A stretch of DNA of 64,000 bases from Mobula hypostoma (Eukaryota). The stretch's first letter is position 1; each line of letters begins with the position of its first letter. The stretch is taken from contig NC_086097.1 in the NCBI RefSeq assembly GCF_963921235.1, positions 12,896,001 to 12,960,000 on the forward strand, written 5' to 3'. The position numbers were made by a program, and so were the translations under genes. Of the stretch, positions 21,406 through 34,203 are shown in pieces. Below the pieces are notes generated by a model, which was given only the letters and a program-made list of their open reading frames with translations, ran no database searches and had not been told where the DNA came from.

Positions 21406-22217
21406 GCAATTAGGCCATTGGAAAACTGCTAATCTCTTACCACGTGGCAGCAAAACGATCAACCTTGTAAAAGTTCATTTTGTTGGATAGAGTTTCAGAA
21501 AGAAGTAAATTATAACTTCATCACTTTTGCAACTTGTTCCCATCAAACCATTGTTTTAATGAAAGTATATTGATGAATCTAATTTATTTGTTACTATAGC
21601 TTTACTTGTAAAACTATTTATAGGCTCATTCTCCGTAATGCATTTCATGTTTATTAACTTACATGTGAGCGTGGGCGTGTGCACACAACGTTTGGGTCAG
21701 ATTTCTCACATTTAACTCTCTCTTACTCTTTTCCTCCCTTAGATCCCACTTCTCCTCAGCTGGATGGTCGGTATTCCAATCTGAGCTCCAATAAACTCAG
21801 AACTGTTCTCTCACTAGGGCTTCACATTGAATGTTCTCATCCAAAAACAAAACATAGATATAAAGTGTTTATTTTGGAGATAGAATAAATGGTAACCCTC
21901 ATCTTGTGCAGTGGCTTCTGCTTAATGTCATTTCCAATGTGAACAAAATAAAACAAAGGGAAAAAAAGAAAACAGTTGACTGGTGTTTAAAGTATGAGAT
22001 GACTTGAATTAATTCCTTATCTGCTTTATCTGCTCTAGGACAAAATACGTGCTTTCCAAAAGTCACTGTGACTAGAAAGGTATTTGTGTATCTGCTCAGC
22101 ACTTCCATTATATTGTGTTTGTATACTCTTTCAGTTATTTCTTCTCCCAAGCTCATTTGTATTAATCCAGGGAGTATGTGCTGACTCATGGCTAGATCCA
22201 CACAGATTGTGATACAA

Positions 22218-22555
22218 GACGATAAGATGTAGGAGGAGAATTAATCTATTTGGCCTATAGAGTCTGCCATTTTATCGTGGCTGATCCATTTTGCCTCTCA
22301 GCCCCAGCTTTCTTCCCATGTTCCTTCATGCCCTAACTAATCAAGAATCTATTAACCTCTACGTTAAATATACCCGATGACAATGAATCCCACAGACTCA
22401 CCAGTCTCTGGCCAAAGAGATTCCTCCTCACTTCCATTCTAAAAGGACACCCCTCTGAGGCTGTGTCCTATGGGCTTAGACTTCCCACCATAGGAAATAT
22501 CTTTCCCACATCCACTGTATCGAGGCCTGGCAACATTCAATAGGTGTCAATGATG
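22218..22555 (-). mobile_element. CR1 3' fragment
   Basis: 'aatcccacagactcaccagtctctgg...ctgaggctgtgtcc' is the reverse complement of the RVVNLW/TRGHSL region. Confidence 0.75.
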
Positions 22556-22894
22556 TTACACAGAAAGCCCTGAAGGAAAGGGAGAACAGGCAAAAAAGAA
22601 GTCAAGAGGACTGGCTACCAACGCTACCCATATAAAGACAAATTATCCACAGTTTACAAAGAAGTAAAAATTAATGCTGCAAATTATAAAGCTCAAAAAT
22701 AAAATACTGCAGATGTGGAAATCTGAAATTAAATCAACATGGTTGTGAAGAATGAAATGATAACTCTGACTTCATTACCTCCACAGCTGCTGCGTGACTT
22801 GCTGTTCAATTTCCACTTCTAAATCAGTTGATAAGACTTTGGGAAGTCAGAAGAGTACGTAGGACAAGACATTCACAGATTAAGTGAAGCTAAA

Positions 22895-23202
22895 AAGGAT
22901 AACTTCACTCACCTCAACACTGAACCGATTCTTCAGCCTATGGATTCACTTTCAAGGATTACACAACTCATGATCTTATTTAGTAACTTATTTATTCTGA
23001 TTTTTTTTTGTATTTTCATAGTTTGTCTTCTTTTGCTGATTGGCTGTTTGCCAGTCCATGTGTGTAGTTTTTCATTGACTCGATTGTATTTCTTTGTTCT
23101 GCTGTAAATGTCTGCAAGAAAATTAATCTCATGTTGCAACATATGATATCATACACAGTATGTACCTAGATAATAAATTTATTTTGAATTTTGAACTTTG
23201 AA
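22895..23202 (+). mobile_element. Rex1/Babar 3' UTR fragment
   Basis: 'ggataacttcactcacctcaacactgaa...taataaatttattttgaattttgaactttgaa'. Confidence 0.75.
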
Positions 23203-23936
23203 TATTCTAAAAAAGAATGCCTAGAGGAAGTTGAAGCTTGATACTAAACTAAAATCGAGATGTTCCCAAGCAAAGAATTGTAGAATTGTTATTGATAAAG
23301 TAAAATCCTATTCCACTGTGAACCATATTAGTGACTGAAATTAGATGTACAGTAATGAGTTCAAAAAGATGGAAAGAAAAGTATGTCTTTGGAACTAAAA
23401 AGATCAAATTCAAATAATTTTCCCTTTGTTCCAGAGGGCACATCATTTAAATTTTACCATGGACAGGCAACTTAATCCATCCGATTGGATGGATTTGAGC
23501 TGGCTGTGACTGACAGTTTGCAAAGGAATTGAAAGCTTTCATTTGCCCCTGGTTAGGTACATCCCTGCCATATAGAGTACCATATGCCCAGGATAAACCG
23601 GGGTCAGTCTGCTGTGTCACCACAATGCCAGATTTAGATGGAACTTCACATTTAATGAAAGGAAGGAAACAGCAAGTTTGTCATAGCTTTTAAAATATTA
23701 GTGTCATATATTTTAGTTGTTCATTAGTTCATTAATGTATCAAGTAATTTTTTAACATTCTGTTTAGATATAATCTGTTGCTTGCTTCAATTGTTTGCAT
23801 TTTTTTTCTCTTGTGCAACGAGTGTTTTTTTTTAATTTTTAGAATCATAGAAACACAGAAAACCTACAGCACAATACAGGCCCTTTGGCCCAAAAAGCTG
23901 TGCTGAACATGTCCTTACCTTAGAAATTACCTAGGG

Positions 23937-26900
23937 TTACCCATAGCCCTCTATTTTTCTGGGCTCCATGTACCCGTCCAGGAGTCCCTTAAAAGACCCT
24001 ATCATATCTGCCTTCACTGCCGAAAGAAGCTGCAGAAGATCGTGAACATGGTGCAGCACATCACACAAACCAATCTTCCGTCCGTGGACTCACTTCACAC
24101 CTCACGCTGTTGGATCAGTGCTGCCAGGATAATCAAGGACACAACCCACCCAGCCAACACACTTTTCGTGCCTCTTCCCTCCGGGAGAAGGCTCAGGAGC
24201 TTGAAGACTCGTACGGCCAGATTTGGGAACAACTTCTTTCTAACTATGATGAGAATGTGGAATGGATCCTGACCCGGATCTGGGCTGTACCCTCCAAATA
24301 TCTGGACCTGCCTCTCGGTTTTTTTGCACTATCTTACTTTCCATTTTTCTATTTTCTATTTGTCATTTGTAATTTAAATTTTTAATATTTACTAATGTTT
24401 ACTATATTTAATATTTTTAATATTTAATATTTGTAATCCAGGGAGTGGGAAGCGCAGAATCAAATATCGCTGTGATGATTGTACGTTCTAGTACCAATTG
24501 TTTGGCGACAATAAAGTATAAAGTACCACCGTCGCCAGATGCACATTCCACACACTCACCACTCTCCGCATAAAAAACTTACCCCTGCCATTTCCTCTGT
24601 AAATACTTCCAAGCACCTTAAAACTGTGCCCTCTTGTGCGAGCCATTTCAGCCCTGGGAAAAAGCCTCCGACTATCCATACGATCAATGTCTCTCACCAT
24701 CTTATTCTCCTCTATTAGGTTACCTCTCATCATCCATTGTTCTAAGAAAAAAAGGCTGAGTTCACTCAACCTATTCTCACAAGGCATGCTCCCCAATCCA
24801 GGCAACATCCTTGTAAATCTCCTCTGCATCCTTTCTATGGTTTCCACATCCTTCCTATAGTGAGGCGACTGGAACTAAGCACAGTACTCCAAGTGGTGTC
24901 TGACCAGGGTCCTATATAGTTTCAACATTACCTCTCGGCTCCTAAACTCAATCCCACGATTGATGAAGGCCAATGCACCGTATGCCTTAACCACAGAGTC
25001 AACCTGCGCAGCAGCTTTGAGTGTCCTTTGGACTCGGACCCCAAGATCCCTCTGATCCTCCATACAACCAAGAGTCTTATCATTAATACTATATTCTGCC
25101 ATCATATTTGACCTACCAAAATGAACCACCTCACACTGATCTGGGTTGAACTCCATCTGCCACTTCTCAGCCCAATGTCCTGCTGTAACCTTTGACAGCC
25201 CTCCACACTATCCACAATGCCCCAACCTTTGTGTCATCAGCAAACTTACTAACGCATCCCTCCACTTCCTCATCCAGGTTATTCATAAAAATCACGAAGA
25301 GTAAGGGTCCCAGAACAGATCCCTGTGGAACACCACTGATCACCAACCTCCATGCAGAATATGACCCATCTACAACCACTCTTTGCCTTCTGTGTGCAAG
25401 CCAGTTCTGGATTCACAAAGCAATGTCCCCTTGGATCCCATGCCTCCTTACTTTCTCAATAAGCACATGTCAAATGCCTTGCTGAAATCCATATACGCTA
25501 CATCTACTGCTCTACCTTCATCAATGTGTTTAGTCACATCCTCAAAAAAATTCAATCAGGCTCGTAAGGCACGAGCTGCCTTTGACAAAGCCATGCTGCC
25601 TATTCCTAATCATATTATACCTCTCCAAATGTTCATAAAGCCTGCCTATCAGGATATTCTCCATCAACTTACCAACCACTGAAGTAAGACTCACTGGGGT
25701 CTATAATTTCCTGGGCTATCCCTACTCCCTTTCTTGAATAAGAGAACAACATCTGCAATCCTCCAGAACCTCTTCCATCCTCATTGATGATGCAAAGATC
25801 AGTGACAGAGGCTCAGCAATCTCCTCCCTTGCTTCCCGCCGTAGCCTGGGGTACATCCTATCTGGTCCCAGTGACTTATCCAACTTGATGCTTTCCAAAA
25901 GCTCCAGCACATCCTCTTCCTTAATATCCACATGGTCAAGCTTTTCAGTCCGCTATAAGTCATCCTTCAATTGCCAAGATCCTTTTCCGTAATGACTACT
26001 GAAGCAAAGTACTCATTAAGTACCGCTGCTGTCTCCTCCGGTTCCATACACACCTTTCCACTGTCGCACTTGATTGGTCCTAATCTCTCATGTCTTACCT
26101 TCTCACTCTTCACATACTTACAGAATACCTTGGGGTTTTCCTTAATCCTGTCTGCCAAGGCCTTCTCATGGCCACTTCTGCTTCTCCTAATTTCTTTCTT
26201 AAGCTCCTTCCTGCTAACCTTATAATCTTCTAGATCTCTATCGTTACCTAGCTTTTTGAACCTTCATAAGTACTTCTTTTCTTCTTGACTAGATTTACAA
26301 CAGCCATTGTACACCATGGTTCCTGTACCCTACCATTATTTCCCTGTCTCATTGGAATGCACCTATGCAGAACTTCACGCAAATATTCCCTGAACTTTTG
26401 CCACATTTCTTCCGCACGTTTCCCTGAGAACACCGGTTCCCAGTTTATGCTTCCAATCTCCTTCCTGATAGCTTCATATTTTCCCTTACTTCAATTAAAC
26501 GCTTTCCTAACTGTTCCTATTCCTCTCCAATGCTATGGTAAAGGAAATAGAATTGTGATCACTATCTCCAAAACGCTCTCCCTCTGAGAGATCTGATACC
26601 TGACTAGGTTCAGTTCCCAAAACCAGATCAAGTACAGACCTTCCTCTTGTAGGCTTATCTACATATTGTGTCAAGAAACCTTCCTGAACACACCTAACAA
26701 ACTCCACCCCATCTAAACCCCTTGCTCTAGGGAGATTCCAATCGATATTTGGGAAATTAAAATCTTCCACCTCAACAACCCTGTTATTATTACACCTTTC
26801 CAGAATCTGTCTCCCTATCTGCTCCTCTATGTCCCTGTTACTATTGGGTGGTCTACTAAAAACTCCCAGTAGAGTTATTGACTGCTTCCTGTTCCTAACT

Positions 26901-27330
26901 TCCACCTACAGAGACTCCATAGACAATCCCTCCATGTCTTCCTCCTTTTCCGCAGCCGTGACACTATCTCTGATCAATAGTGCCATGCCCCCACCTCTTT
27001 TGCCCCCCTCCCTGTCCTTTCTGAAACATCTAAAGACTGGCACCCAAATTAACTATTCTTGTCCCTGAGCCATCCAAGTCTCTGTAATGGACACAACATC
27101 ATAGCTCCAAGTACTGATCCACGCTCTAAGCTCATCCACTTTGTTAATAATGCTCCTTGTATTAAAATAGACACATCTCAAACCATCGGTCTGAGCACAT
27201 TCCTTCTCTATCATCTGCCCATCCTCCCTCTCGCACTGCCTCCAAGCTTTCTCTATTTGTGAGCCAACCGCCTCTTCCTCCATCTCTTCAGTTCAGTTCT
27301 CACCCCCCAGCAATTCTAGTTTAAACTCTC
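23937..27330 (-). pseudogene. CR1 ORF2 (APE endonuclease + reverse transcriptase), multiple frameshifts and deletions
   Basis: 'CVYFNTRSIINKVDEL..YDVVSITETW', 'VFSRPPN..DFNFPNIDW..LDLVL..DSDHNSI', 'KSLGPDRMYPR', '[30 protein letters not shown]', 'HLEYCA'. Confidence 0.93.
24017..24525 (+). mobile_element. Rex1/Babar 3' fragment nested in the CR1 3' end
   Basis: 'RKKLQKIVNMVQHITQTNLPSVDSL..IIKDTTHPA..LPSGRRLRS'; (AAAGTAT)n tail; CR1 text gccttca|ccaccgtcgcc rejoins on removal. Confidence 0.9.
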
Positions 27331-28250
27331 CCTAATAGACTTAGCAAACCTTCCTGCCAGGATATTGGACCCCTCTGATTCAAGTGCAGCCTGTCCTTTT
27401 TGTACAGGTCACTCGTGCCCCAAAAGAGGTCCCAATGATCCAGAAATCTGAATCCCTGACCCCTGCTCCAATCCCTCAGCCATGTATTTATCCTCCACCT
27501 CATTCTATTCCTATACTCACTGTCATGTGGCACAGGCAGTAATCCCGAGATTACTACCTTTGAGGTCCTGCTTCTCAACTTCCTTCCTAGTACCCTGTAG
27601 TCTGCTTTCAGGGCCTCCTCCCTTATCCTGCCTATGTCATTGGTACCAATATGTACCACAACCTCTGGCTGTTCTCCTTCCCACTTCAGGATATCGTGGA
27701 TGCGATCAGAAACATCCCAGACCCTGGCATCTGGGAGGCAAACTACCATCCGTGCCTCTTTCCTGCATCCACCGAATCGCCTGTCTGACCCCCTAACTAT
27801 AGAGTCCCCCATCACTGCTGCCATCCTCTTCCTTTCCCTACCCTTCTGAGCCACAGGGCCAGACTCTGTCCCAGAGGTGCAGCCACTGTCACTTCCCCCA
27901 GGTAGGACATCTCCCCCAACGGTACTCAAACAGGAGTACTTATTGTCAAGGGGACAGCCACAGGGTACTCTCTAGCCTCTGACTCCTGACCTTCCCTCTC
28001 CTGACTGTTACCCTCTTATCTGTCCACCCAGGCCCTGGTGTGACTACCCGCCTATAGTTCCTCTCTATCACCTCCTCACTCTCCCTGACCAGACGAAGGT
28101 CATCGAGCTGCATCTCCAGTTCCCTCACACAGTCCCTAAGGAGCTGCAGCTTGACTCACCTGGTGCAGATCTGGCCGTCCAGGAGACTGGGAGTCTCCCG
28201 GACTTCCCAAATCTGAAGCCCAGTACAGAACACCAGCCTCACACACATTC
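27321..28250 (-). pseudogene. CR1 ORF1: Cys-rich/coiled N-terminus plus SGNH esterase domain
   Basis: 'VMGDSIVRG', 'CLPDARV', 'VVVHIGTND', 'LYKKDRLHLN' match SGNH blocks; upstream 'ELEMQLDDLRLVRESEEVI'. Confidence 0.88.
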
Positions 28251-28615
28251 TTGCTGTCTGTACTCTACACAGGGAACCTACTTCGCCTCAACCCATTATC
28301 GCTGTAGCCCCATTGAGCCAAAGCCTTCCTACTCTGTCTCCCTCTACTCTGTTGCCCACTGTATAAGCAGTCTCCTTTTAAACTCTTCTCACTGGCTGAC
28401 AACCACGCGCTTGCGCAGTCATGCCCCGATCAAACCGCTGAAGAAATATATTTATTCCTTTTTTTCTTTTATTTGGGTTCTTTTGGGACTTTTCTTGTTA
28501 TGTGACTACCTGTGAGCAAGCAAATCTCAAGGTTATATAACTTATACATTCTTTGACAATGAATTAGTCTTGAATCATTTTCTATTTTCTTAAAATACTT
28601 TTAACAGCTGTTATA

Positions 28616-29155
28616 CATTTAGTGGCCAATTTAATAGTTACCTAATAAAGTGGCCACTGAGTGTCTGTTTGTGGTCTTCCGTGGCTGTAGCCCATCCACT
28701 TCAAGGTCTGACGTGTAGTGTGTTCAGGGACGCTCTTCTGCACATCACTGTTGTAACACGTGGTTATTTGGGTCACTGTCACCTTATCGTTCACTTGAAC
28801 CAGTGTGGCCATTCTCCCTTGACATCTTCATTCGCAAGGTATTTTCATTCCCAGAGCTGGCACTCACACACCATTCACTGTAAACCCTACAGGATGTTGT
28901 GCGTGAAACTCCCAGGAGATCAGCAGTTTCTGAAATCGTCAAACCATCTCATCTGGCACCAACAATCTTTCCACGGTCAAAATCACTTAGATCTAATTTC
29001 TTCCCCTTTTTGATGTTTGGTCTGAAAAACAACTGAACCTCTTGAGCATGTATGCAAGCTTTTATTCATTGAGTTGCTGCAACATGATTGGCTGATTAGA
29101 TATTTGCATCAATGAGCAGGTGTGCAGGTTGGCCTAATAAAGTGTCTACTGAGTG
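28616..29155 (-). mobile_element. Internally deleted Tc1-like DNA transposon
   Basis: TA-flanked TIRs catttagtggccaatttaatag / cctaataaagtgtctactgagtg; minus frame GKKLDLSDFDRGKIVGAR*DGLTISETADLLGVSRTT and LKWMGYSHGRP (Tc1 transposase N-terminus). Confidence 0.88.
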
Positions 29156-29949
29156 TACATTTCTGAATATCTCAAAGTCTGTCAGGAGATGAGGCAAACC
29201 AGCTTTTTCTAGTTCAAGGCCGTCAGGCATTCTGTAGTTGGATGGTGTGAGACCCATTCAATGAAAAGCCTTCCTTTGTTTTGTGGACACCAAGAACAGG
29301 AGTTCCAGAAAGATTGGATCCATACTTTATACACCCAGAGCATGGAAAGTTTAGGTGGCAGGCCAAAAGGAGCATAATTAGGTCTAATAAAACCCAGGAG
29401 TGGCTAGTAAGAATGGCTTCCATTGATGTCACTATAGAGATGAAGACATGTTTATTTACTCCTCTGACTAAAGGTACCCAGTGCAGATACTCTCCTAAAT
29501 TACAGGCAACTACGAACTGATTGACCAGGTCAAAGGGAGATGCTGCTCGTACTGAATGCAAACATTTACACCTGATTACATCACTCAGCTAAGAGGTCTG
29601 TTTGTTGCTCAGTGAACTCACAAGAATGTAGCCAGAGGGCGGGGGAGACCTAAATTCTTCTGATACTTGATATAATTTCTAAACAAGAACTTTCCACACC
29701 CTCTATTTGTACTCAGGTGATTACCTGCAGATGAGAAGGTCAATGCGGTCAATGTGACGATGATTTCTAAATTCCATACACCTCTCAGTGATGATGGACT
29801 GATGTACTTGTTGCTAGCAACATCATTCCACTGTCTCATCTTTCAGAGAATAAAGATTAAGAAAGAAAGTTCCTTAGAAACACGATTGAACTTGAGGAAG
29901 CTCTTTGTATATATGAAACCATCACCTCAATTCTCAGCACTAACAGAGA

Positions 29950-30770
29950 GTACCAGGAGGTTCACAAGGATGATTCTGGGAATGAAGGTGTTAACATATG
30001 AGGAGCATTTGGCAGCTTTGGACCTGTACTTACTGGAATTTAGAAGAATGTATGGGGATCTCATTGAAAGTTACTGACCATTGAAAAGACTGGATAAGGT
30101 GGAAGTGGAGACGATGTTTCCTCTGGTGGGATATCCAGAACGAGAGGGCACAGCCCCAAAATTGAGGGTTGACCTTTAAGAACAGAAGTAAGGAGGAATT
30201 TGTGGAATGCTCTGGCACAGACTACAGTTGAGGCCAAGTCCATGGGTATATTTAAAGTGGATTAAAGTGATAGATTTCTGATTGGCTGGGGCATCAAGGG
30301 TGAGAGGGCAGGTGTACGGGGTTGAATGGGATCCAGGATCAGCCATGGACTCAATAGGGTCAAGAGGTACATTTAATGTCAGAGAAATATATACAATATA
30401 CAACCTGAAATTCCTTTTCTTCGCAAACATCTATGAAAACAGAGGAGTGCCCCATAGAATGAATGACAGTTAAACTTTAGAACCCCAAAGCACACTACCC
30501 CCAGCTTCCCCTCCCACACACAAGCAGCAGCAAGGCAATGATCCCCCACCCTCTCCCCCATCAGCAAAAATACATCAGCACCCACCACCGAGAACTCAAG
30601 GTGCAGCAATTCATTAATAAAGACACAGACTTGCAGTACTCCAAAGACTATTCGTTCACCAGGTAATTCGACATACCACAGGCTCTCTCGCTGTCCCTAA
30701 TAAAGGAAAAAGAGCTGTCCTCATTTCTCAATGGGCTGAATGGCCTCATTCTGCTTCTATGTCTTATGGT
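29950..30770 (+). mobile_element. CR1 3' fragment split by a minus-strand LINE 3' UTR insert (~30355-30730)
   Basis: 'RRFTRMILGMKVLTYEEHLAALDLYLLEFRRMYGDLIESY'; CR1 tail resumes at ~30731 'atgggctgaatggcc...tcttatggtct'. Confidence 0.85.
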
Positions 30771-30782
30771 CTCACCAACTCC

Positions 30783-31301
30783 TATACGTAATAAAGTGGC
30801 CACTGAGTGTATGTTCTTGGTCTTCTGCTGCTGTAGCCCATCCAATTCAAGGCTCAATGTGTTGAGTGCTGATAGATGCTCTATTGCACATCACTGTGGT
30901 TATCTGAGTTACGGTTTAAGCCTTCCTGTCAGCTTAAACCAGTCTGGTAATTCATCTCTCACCTGTTTTATTTACAAGGTGCTTTCACTCACAGAATGCT
31001 TTCATGTTTTTCATCCTATTCGCTGTAAACTCCAGAGACTGTTAAGTGTGAAAATCCCAGGAGATCAGCAGTTTGTGAGATAATCAAGCCACCCCGTCCG
31101 GAACCAAAAAGCCTTCCACGGTCAAAGTCAGTTCGATCACATTACTTCCCCCATTCCGCTGTTTGGTCTGAACAACAACTGAACCTCTTTACCATCTCTG
31201 TTTGCCTTTGTGCGTTGATTTGCTACCATATGATTGGTTGATTAGATACTTGCATTAATGAGCAGACTTACAGATGTGCCTAATATAGTGGCCACTGAGT
31301 G
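30783..31301 (-). mobile_element. Second copy of the deleted Tc1-like element, outer left TIR missing
   Basis: Collinear with 28640-29155; ends 'cctaatatagtggccactgagtg' followed by TA. Confidence 0.85.
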
Positions 31302-31934
31302 TATATTATCAGTACTCCTTTCTTTATCTATTTTAGATATTCCGTGAGAAATTAGAGTACCTCCCAGCAGAATGACTGGCAACCCTGGCAATAGAGGGGT
31401 TGATTTTCCAAGGTTTGTGTGAGTGACTAATAGAAAGTTGGCTCCATATCAGTCAAGGAAACTCCTGAATCTCTTTGCAACACACAAAATGCTGGAAGAC
31501 CATAGCCAGTCTCTTCTTGATTCTCTTTTACATGGAGCGTGCTCATCTTTCCTCTATCCACTGAGCCCAGGCAAAACACTGAGGCAGGATCGAGCTTCTC
31601 GCTGACAGATAATCATCTGAGTACAAATGCAAGGCATGGAACAATTTTGTTTTGAAATGATATCAAGTGTCAAAAGGGAGTAATTCTCCACCACCCTCCG
31701 GCTATATTCCTGTGAGATTAGTTAATAATATGCAGTCCTGTTAGCTGAGTCACAAAATTAGACAAAAATATTCATATTAATAAAACAATTGAAATGTGCA
31801 GCATCTACATGAGAACTGGTCAAAGATGATAAGCAGTGACTTAGAACGGTAACACGTTCATTAGTCAGCTGTATTCTGGTGAATACACCAATTTACCCTC
31901 CACTACCACAGTGCAGTAATGAAACTAATTGTCA

Positions 31935-32122
31935 TTTTCAACAAGCAACAGCAGCCTGCTGGTGGAACCCAGCAGGTCGAGAAAAATCTGTGAAAGGAAA
32001 GGAATTGTCATTGTTTCGTTTCAACCTGAAACAATATAATTCCTTTCCTCCCACAGATGCTACTCGACCCGCTGAATTCCTCCCACTCAGATTGTTACTC
32101 CAGATTCCAGCGTCTGCAAAAT
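31935..32122. mobile_element. Inverted pair of Penelope-derived terminal units
   Basis: 'ggaacccagcaggtcgag' faces 'ctcgacccgctgaattcc'; ends 'ccagattccagcgtctgca'. Confidence 0.6.
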
Positions 32123-32353
32123 CATGATCATGATGACGTCGACTCAGACCTGAGAGGCCAGAATGAGAATCTGCAGAATCAGAATCACATTTATTATCAC
32201 GAACGTAGAGTATGTCGTGGAATTTGTTGCTTTGTGCCACAGTACAGCGTAGTACAGAAAAAAAAACTGTAAGTCACACAAAAAAGTAAATAGTGCAAAG
32301 GTGAATAACAAGGTTGAGCTCATGGGTTTATAGACTGTTCAGAAATCTGATGG

Positions 32354-33804
32354 TGTTACGGTACGCACCAAGCCGCTCCAGCCTCCAGTGTCCAGATGAT
32401 CCGACTCTTTGGAGTTTGGAAAGCTAGCGTAGTCCCTTTAAAGCTTCTGGCCCACTCCGTTAATTGGTGGCCATGTTTTGGCACCAAATTTTGGATATTT
32501 AAATAGCACCTGAACTCAGGTTTGGTGCTCAGTCATCAGCTCGACTTTGATTCAGTCTGCAATTGTATTTAGGATTTCTGTCTCATTAGGCTCTTGCCTA
32601 GAACATAGAAATTTACAGCACATTACAGGCCCTTTGGCCCACAATGTTGTGTCAAGCATGACAACCTACTCTGGAGACTGCCTAGATTTTACCTAGTGCA
32701 TAGCCCTCTATTTTTCTAAGCTACATGTACCTATCTAAGAGGCTCTTGAAAGACCCTATTGTATCCACTTCCACCACCACCGCCAACAGTACATTCCATG
32801 CACCCACCATTCTCTGTGTGAAAACTTACCCCTGACATCCCCTCGGTACCCATTTCCAAGCACCTTAAAACTATGCCCCCTCGTGTTAGCCATTTCAGCC
32901 CTAGGAAAAAGCCTCTGGCTATTCACACAGTCAAAACCACTCATCATCTTATACATCTCTATCAGATCACCTCTTATCCTCCGTCACTCAACCTATCTTC
33001 ATAAGGTATGCCTTCCAAACCAGACAACATCCTTGTAAATCTCCTCTGCACTCTCTTGATAGTATCCACATCCTTCTTGTAACGAGGTGACCAGAACTGA
33101 ACACAAGTGGAGTCTGACCAAGGCCTTATATAACTGTAACATTACCTCACAGCTCTTGAACTCAGTCCCAGGGATAATGAATGCCAGCAGACCAAACACT
33201 TTCTTAACAACACTGTCAATCTGTGCAGCAGCTTTGAGTGTCCTATCAACACGGACCACAAAGTCTCTCAGATCCTCCACACTGCCAAGAGTCTTCTTCA
33301 AATTGGACGTACCAAAATGAACCACTTCACACTTATCTGGGTTGAACTCCATCTGCCACTTCTCAGCTCAGTTGTGCATTCTATCAATGTCCCGCTGTAA
33401 CCCCTGACAACCCTCTAGACACCCCCAACCTTTGTGCCATCAACAAACCTACCAACCCACCTCCCTATTTCTTCATCCAGGCCATTTAAAGAAATCACAA
33501 AGAGGAGGAATCCCAGAACAGATCCCTTGGAACACCACTAGTCACCAACCTCCATGCAGAATACGAACCATCTACAACCACCCTTTGCCTTCTGTGGGCC
33601 AGCCAATTCTGGATCCACACAGTAAAGTCTCCTTGGATCCCATACCTCCTTATTTTCTGAAGGAGCCTTGCATGGGGAATCTTATCAAATACTTGGCTAG
33701 CATCGAGTCAAGTTTTGTCTCAGTCTCGAAATCCTGTCTCGATTCTATTCTTGGATGCTCCAGTGTTTGGGTCCTTACCATCCTCGCCTAGGCCTCTTGT
33801 CACA
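32354..33804 (+). mobile_element. Solo LTR (Gypsy-like), split by a CR1, inserted in a Rex1/Babar UTR
   Basis: TGTTAC...GTCACA ends; 5-bp TSD gatgg/gatag; TATA-like 'gatatttaaatagcacctg'; host text resumes after 33804. Confidence 0.75.
32602..33691 (-). mobile_element. 5'-truncated CR1 LINE
   Basis: 'MEFNPDKCEVVHFG', 'LYKALVRLHL', 'TRGHSFKV'; TSD cttgcctag / cttggctag. Confidence 0.93.
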
Positions 33805-34089
33805 GATAGTGAAGGAGAAGAAACTCCATTGTTTGTTACCTTTTACACATTGGCTGTTTGTCGTCTTTGGTTCCATTGTGTTTCTTTGTATCTGTTGAGA
33901 ATGCCCCCAACGAAATGAATTGCAGGGTAATTTCTGGTGACATTTTCATACTTCAATAATAAATTTATTTTGTTTGAAATTTGAAAATGTCACCTCAACC
34001 ACTTGGCCCATACTGGACTGGATCATATTAACCTTGTTTCATGGCCTGAGATTCACCTTCCATACTCTCCTCATGTCCTAAATAAACCA

Positions 34090-34203
34090 ATGACAATAGA
34101 CAATAGATAGTAGGTGCAGGAGTAGGCCATTCGGCCCTTCGAGCCAGCACCACCATTCACTGTGATCATGGCTGATCATCCACAATCAGTATCCAGTTCC
34201 TTA
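34090..34203 (-). mobile_element. CR1 extreme 3' end
   Basis: (GACAATA)n tail then 'aggtgcaggagtaggccattcggcccttcgagcc', as at 14470-14505. Confidence 0.8.

Larger units (their letters stand above)
23841..28447 (-). mobile_element. Near full-length CR1 LINE (5' UTR, ORF1, ORF2, 3' UTR), decayed, interrupted at 24017-24525
   Basis: Collinear ORF1 (esterase) and ORF2 (APE, RT, C-terminal) motifs; GC-rich 5' UTR ~28390-28445; tail 'agaatcatagaaacacagaa'. Confidence 0.95.

Noticed and set aside
29223..29561. Overlapping 112-aa and 79-aa ORFs in unique sequence
   Set aside because: No motif or family resemblance; lengths are within chance expectation.
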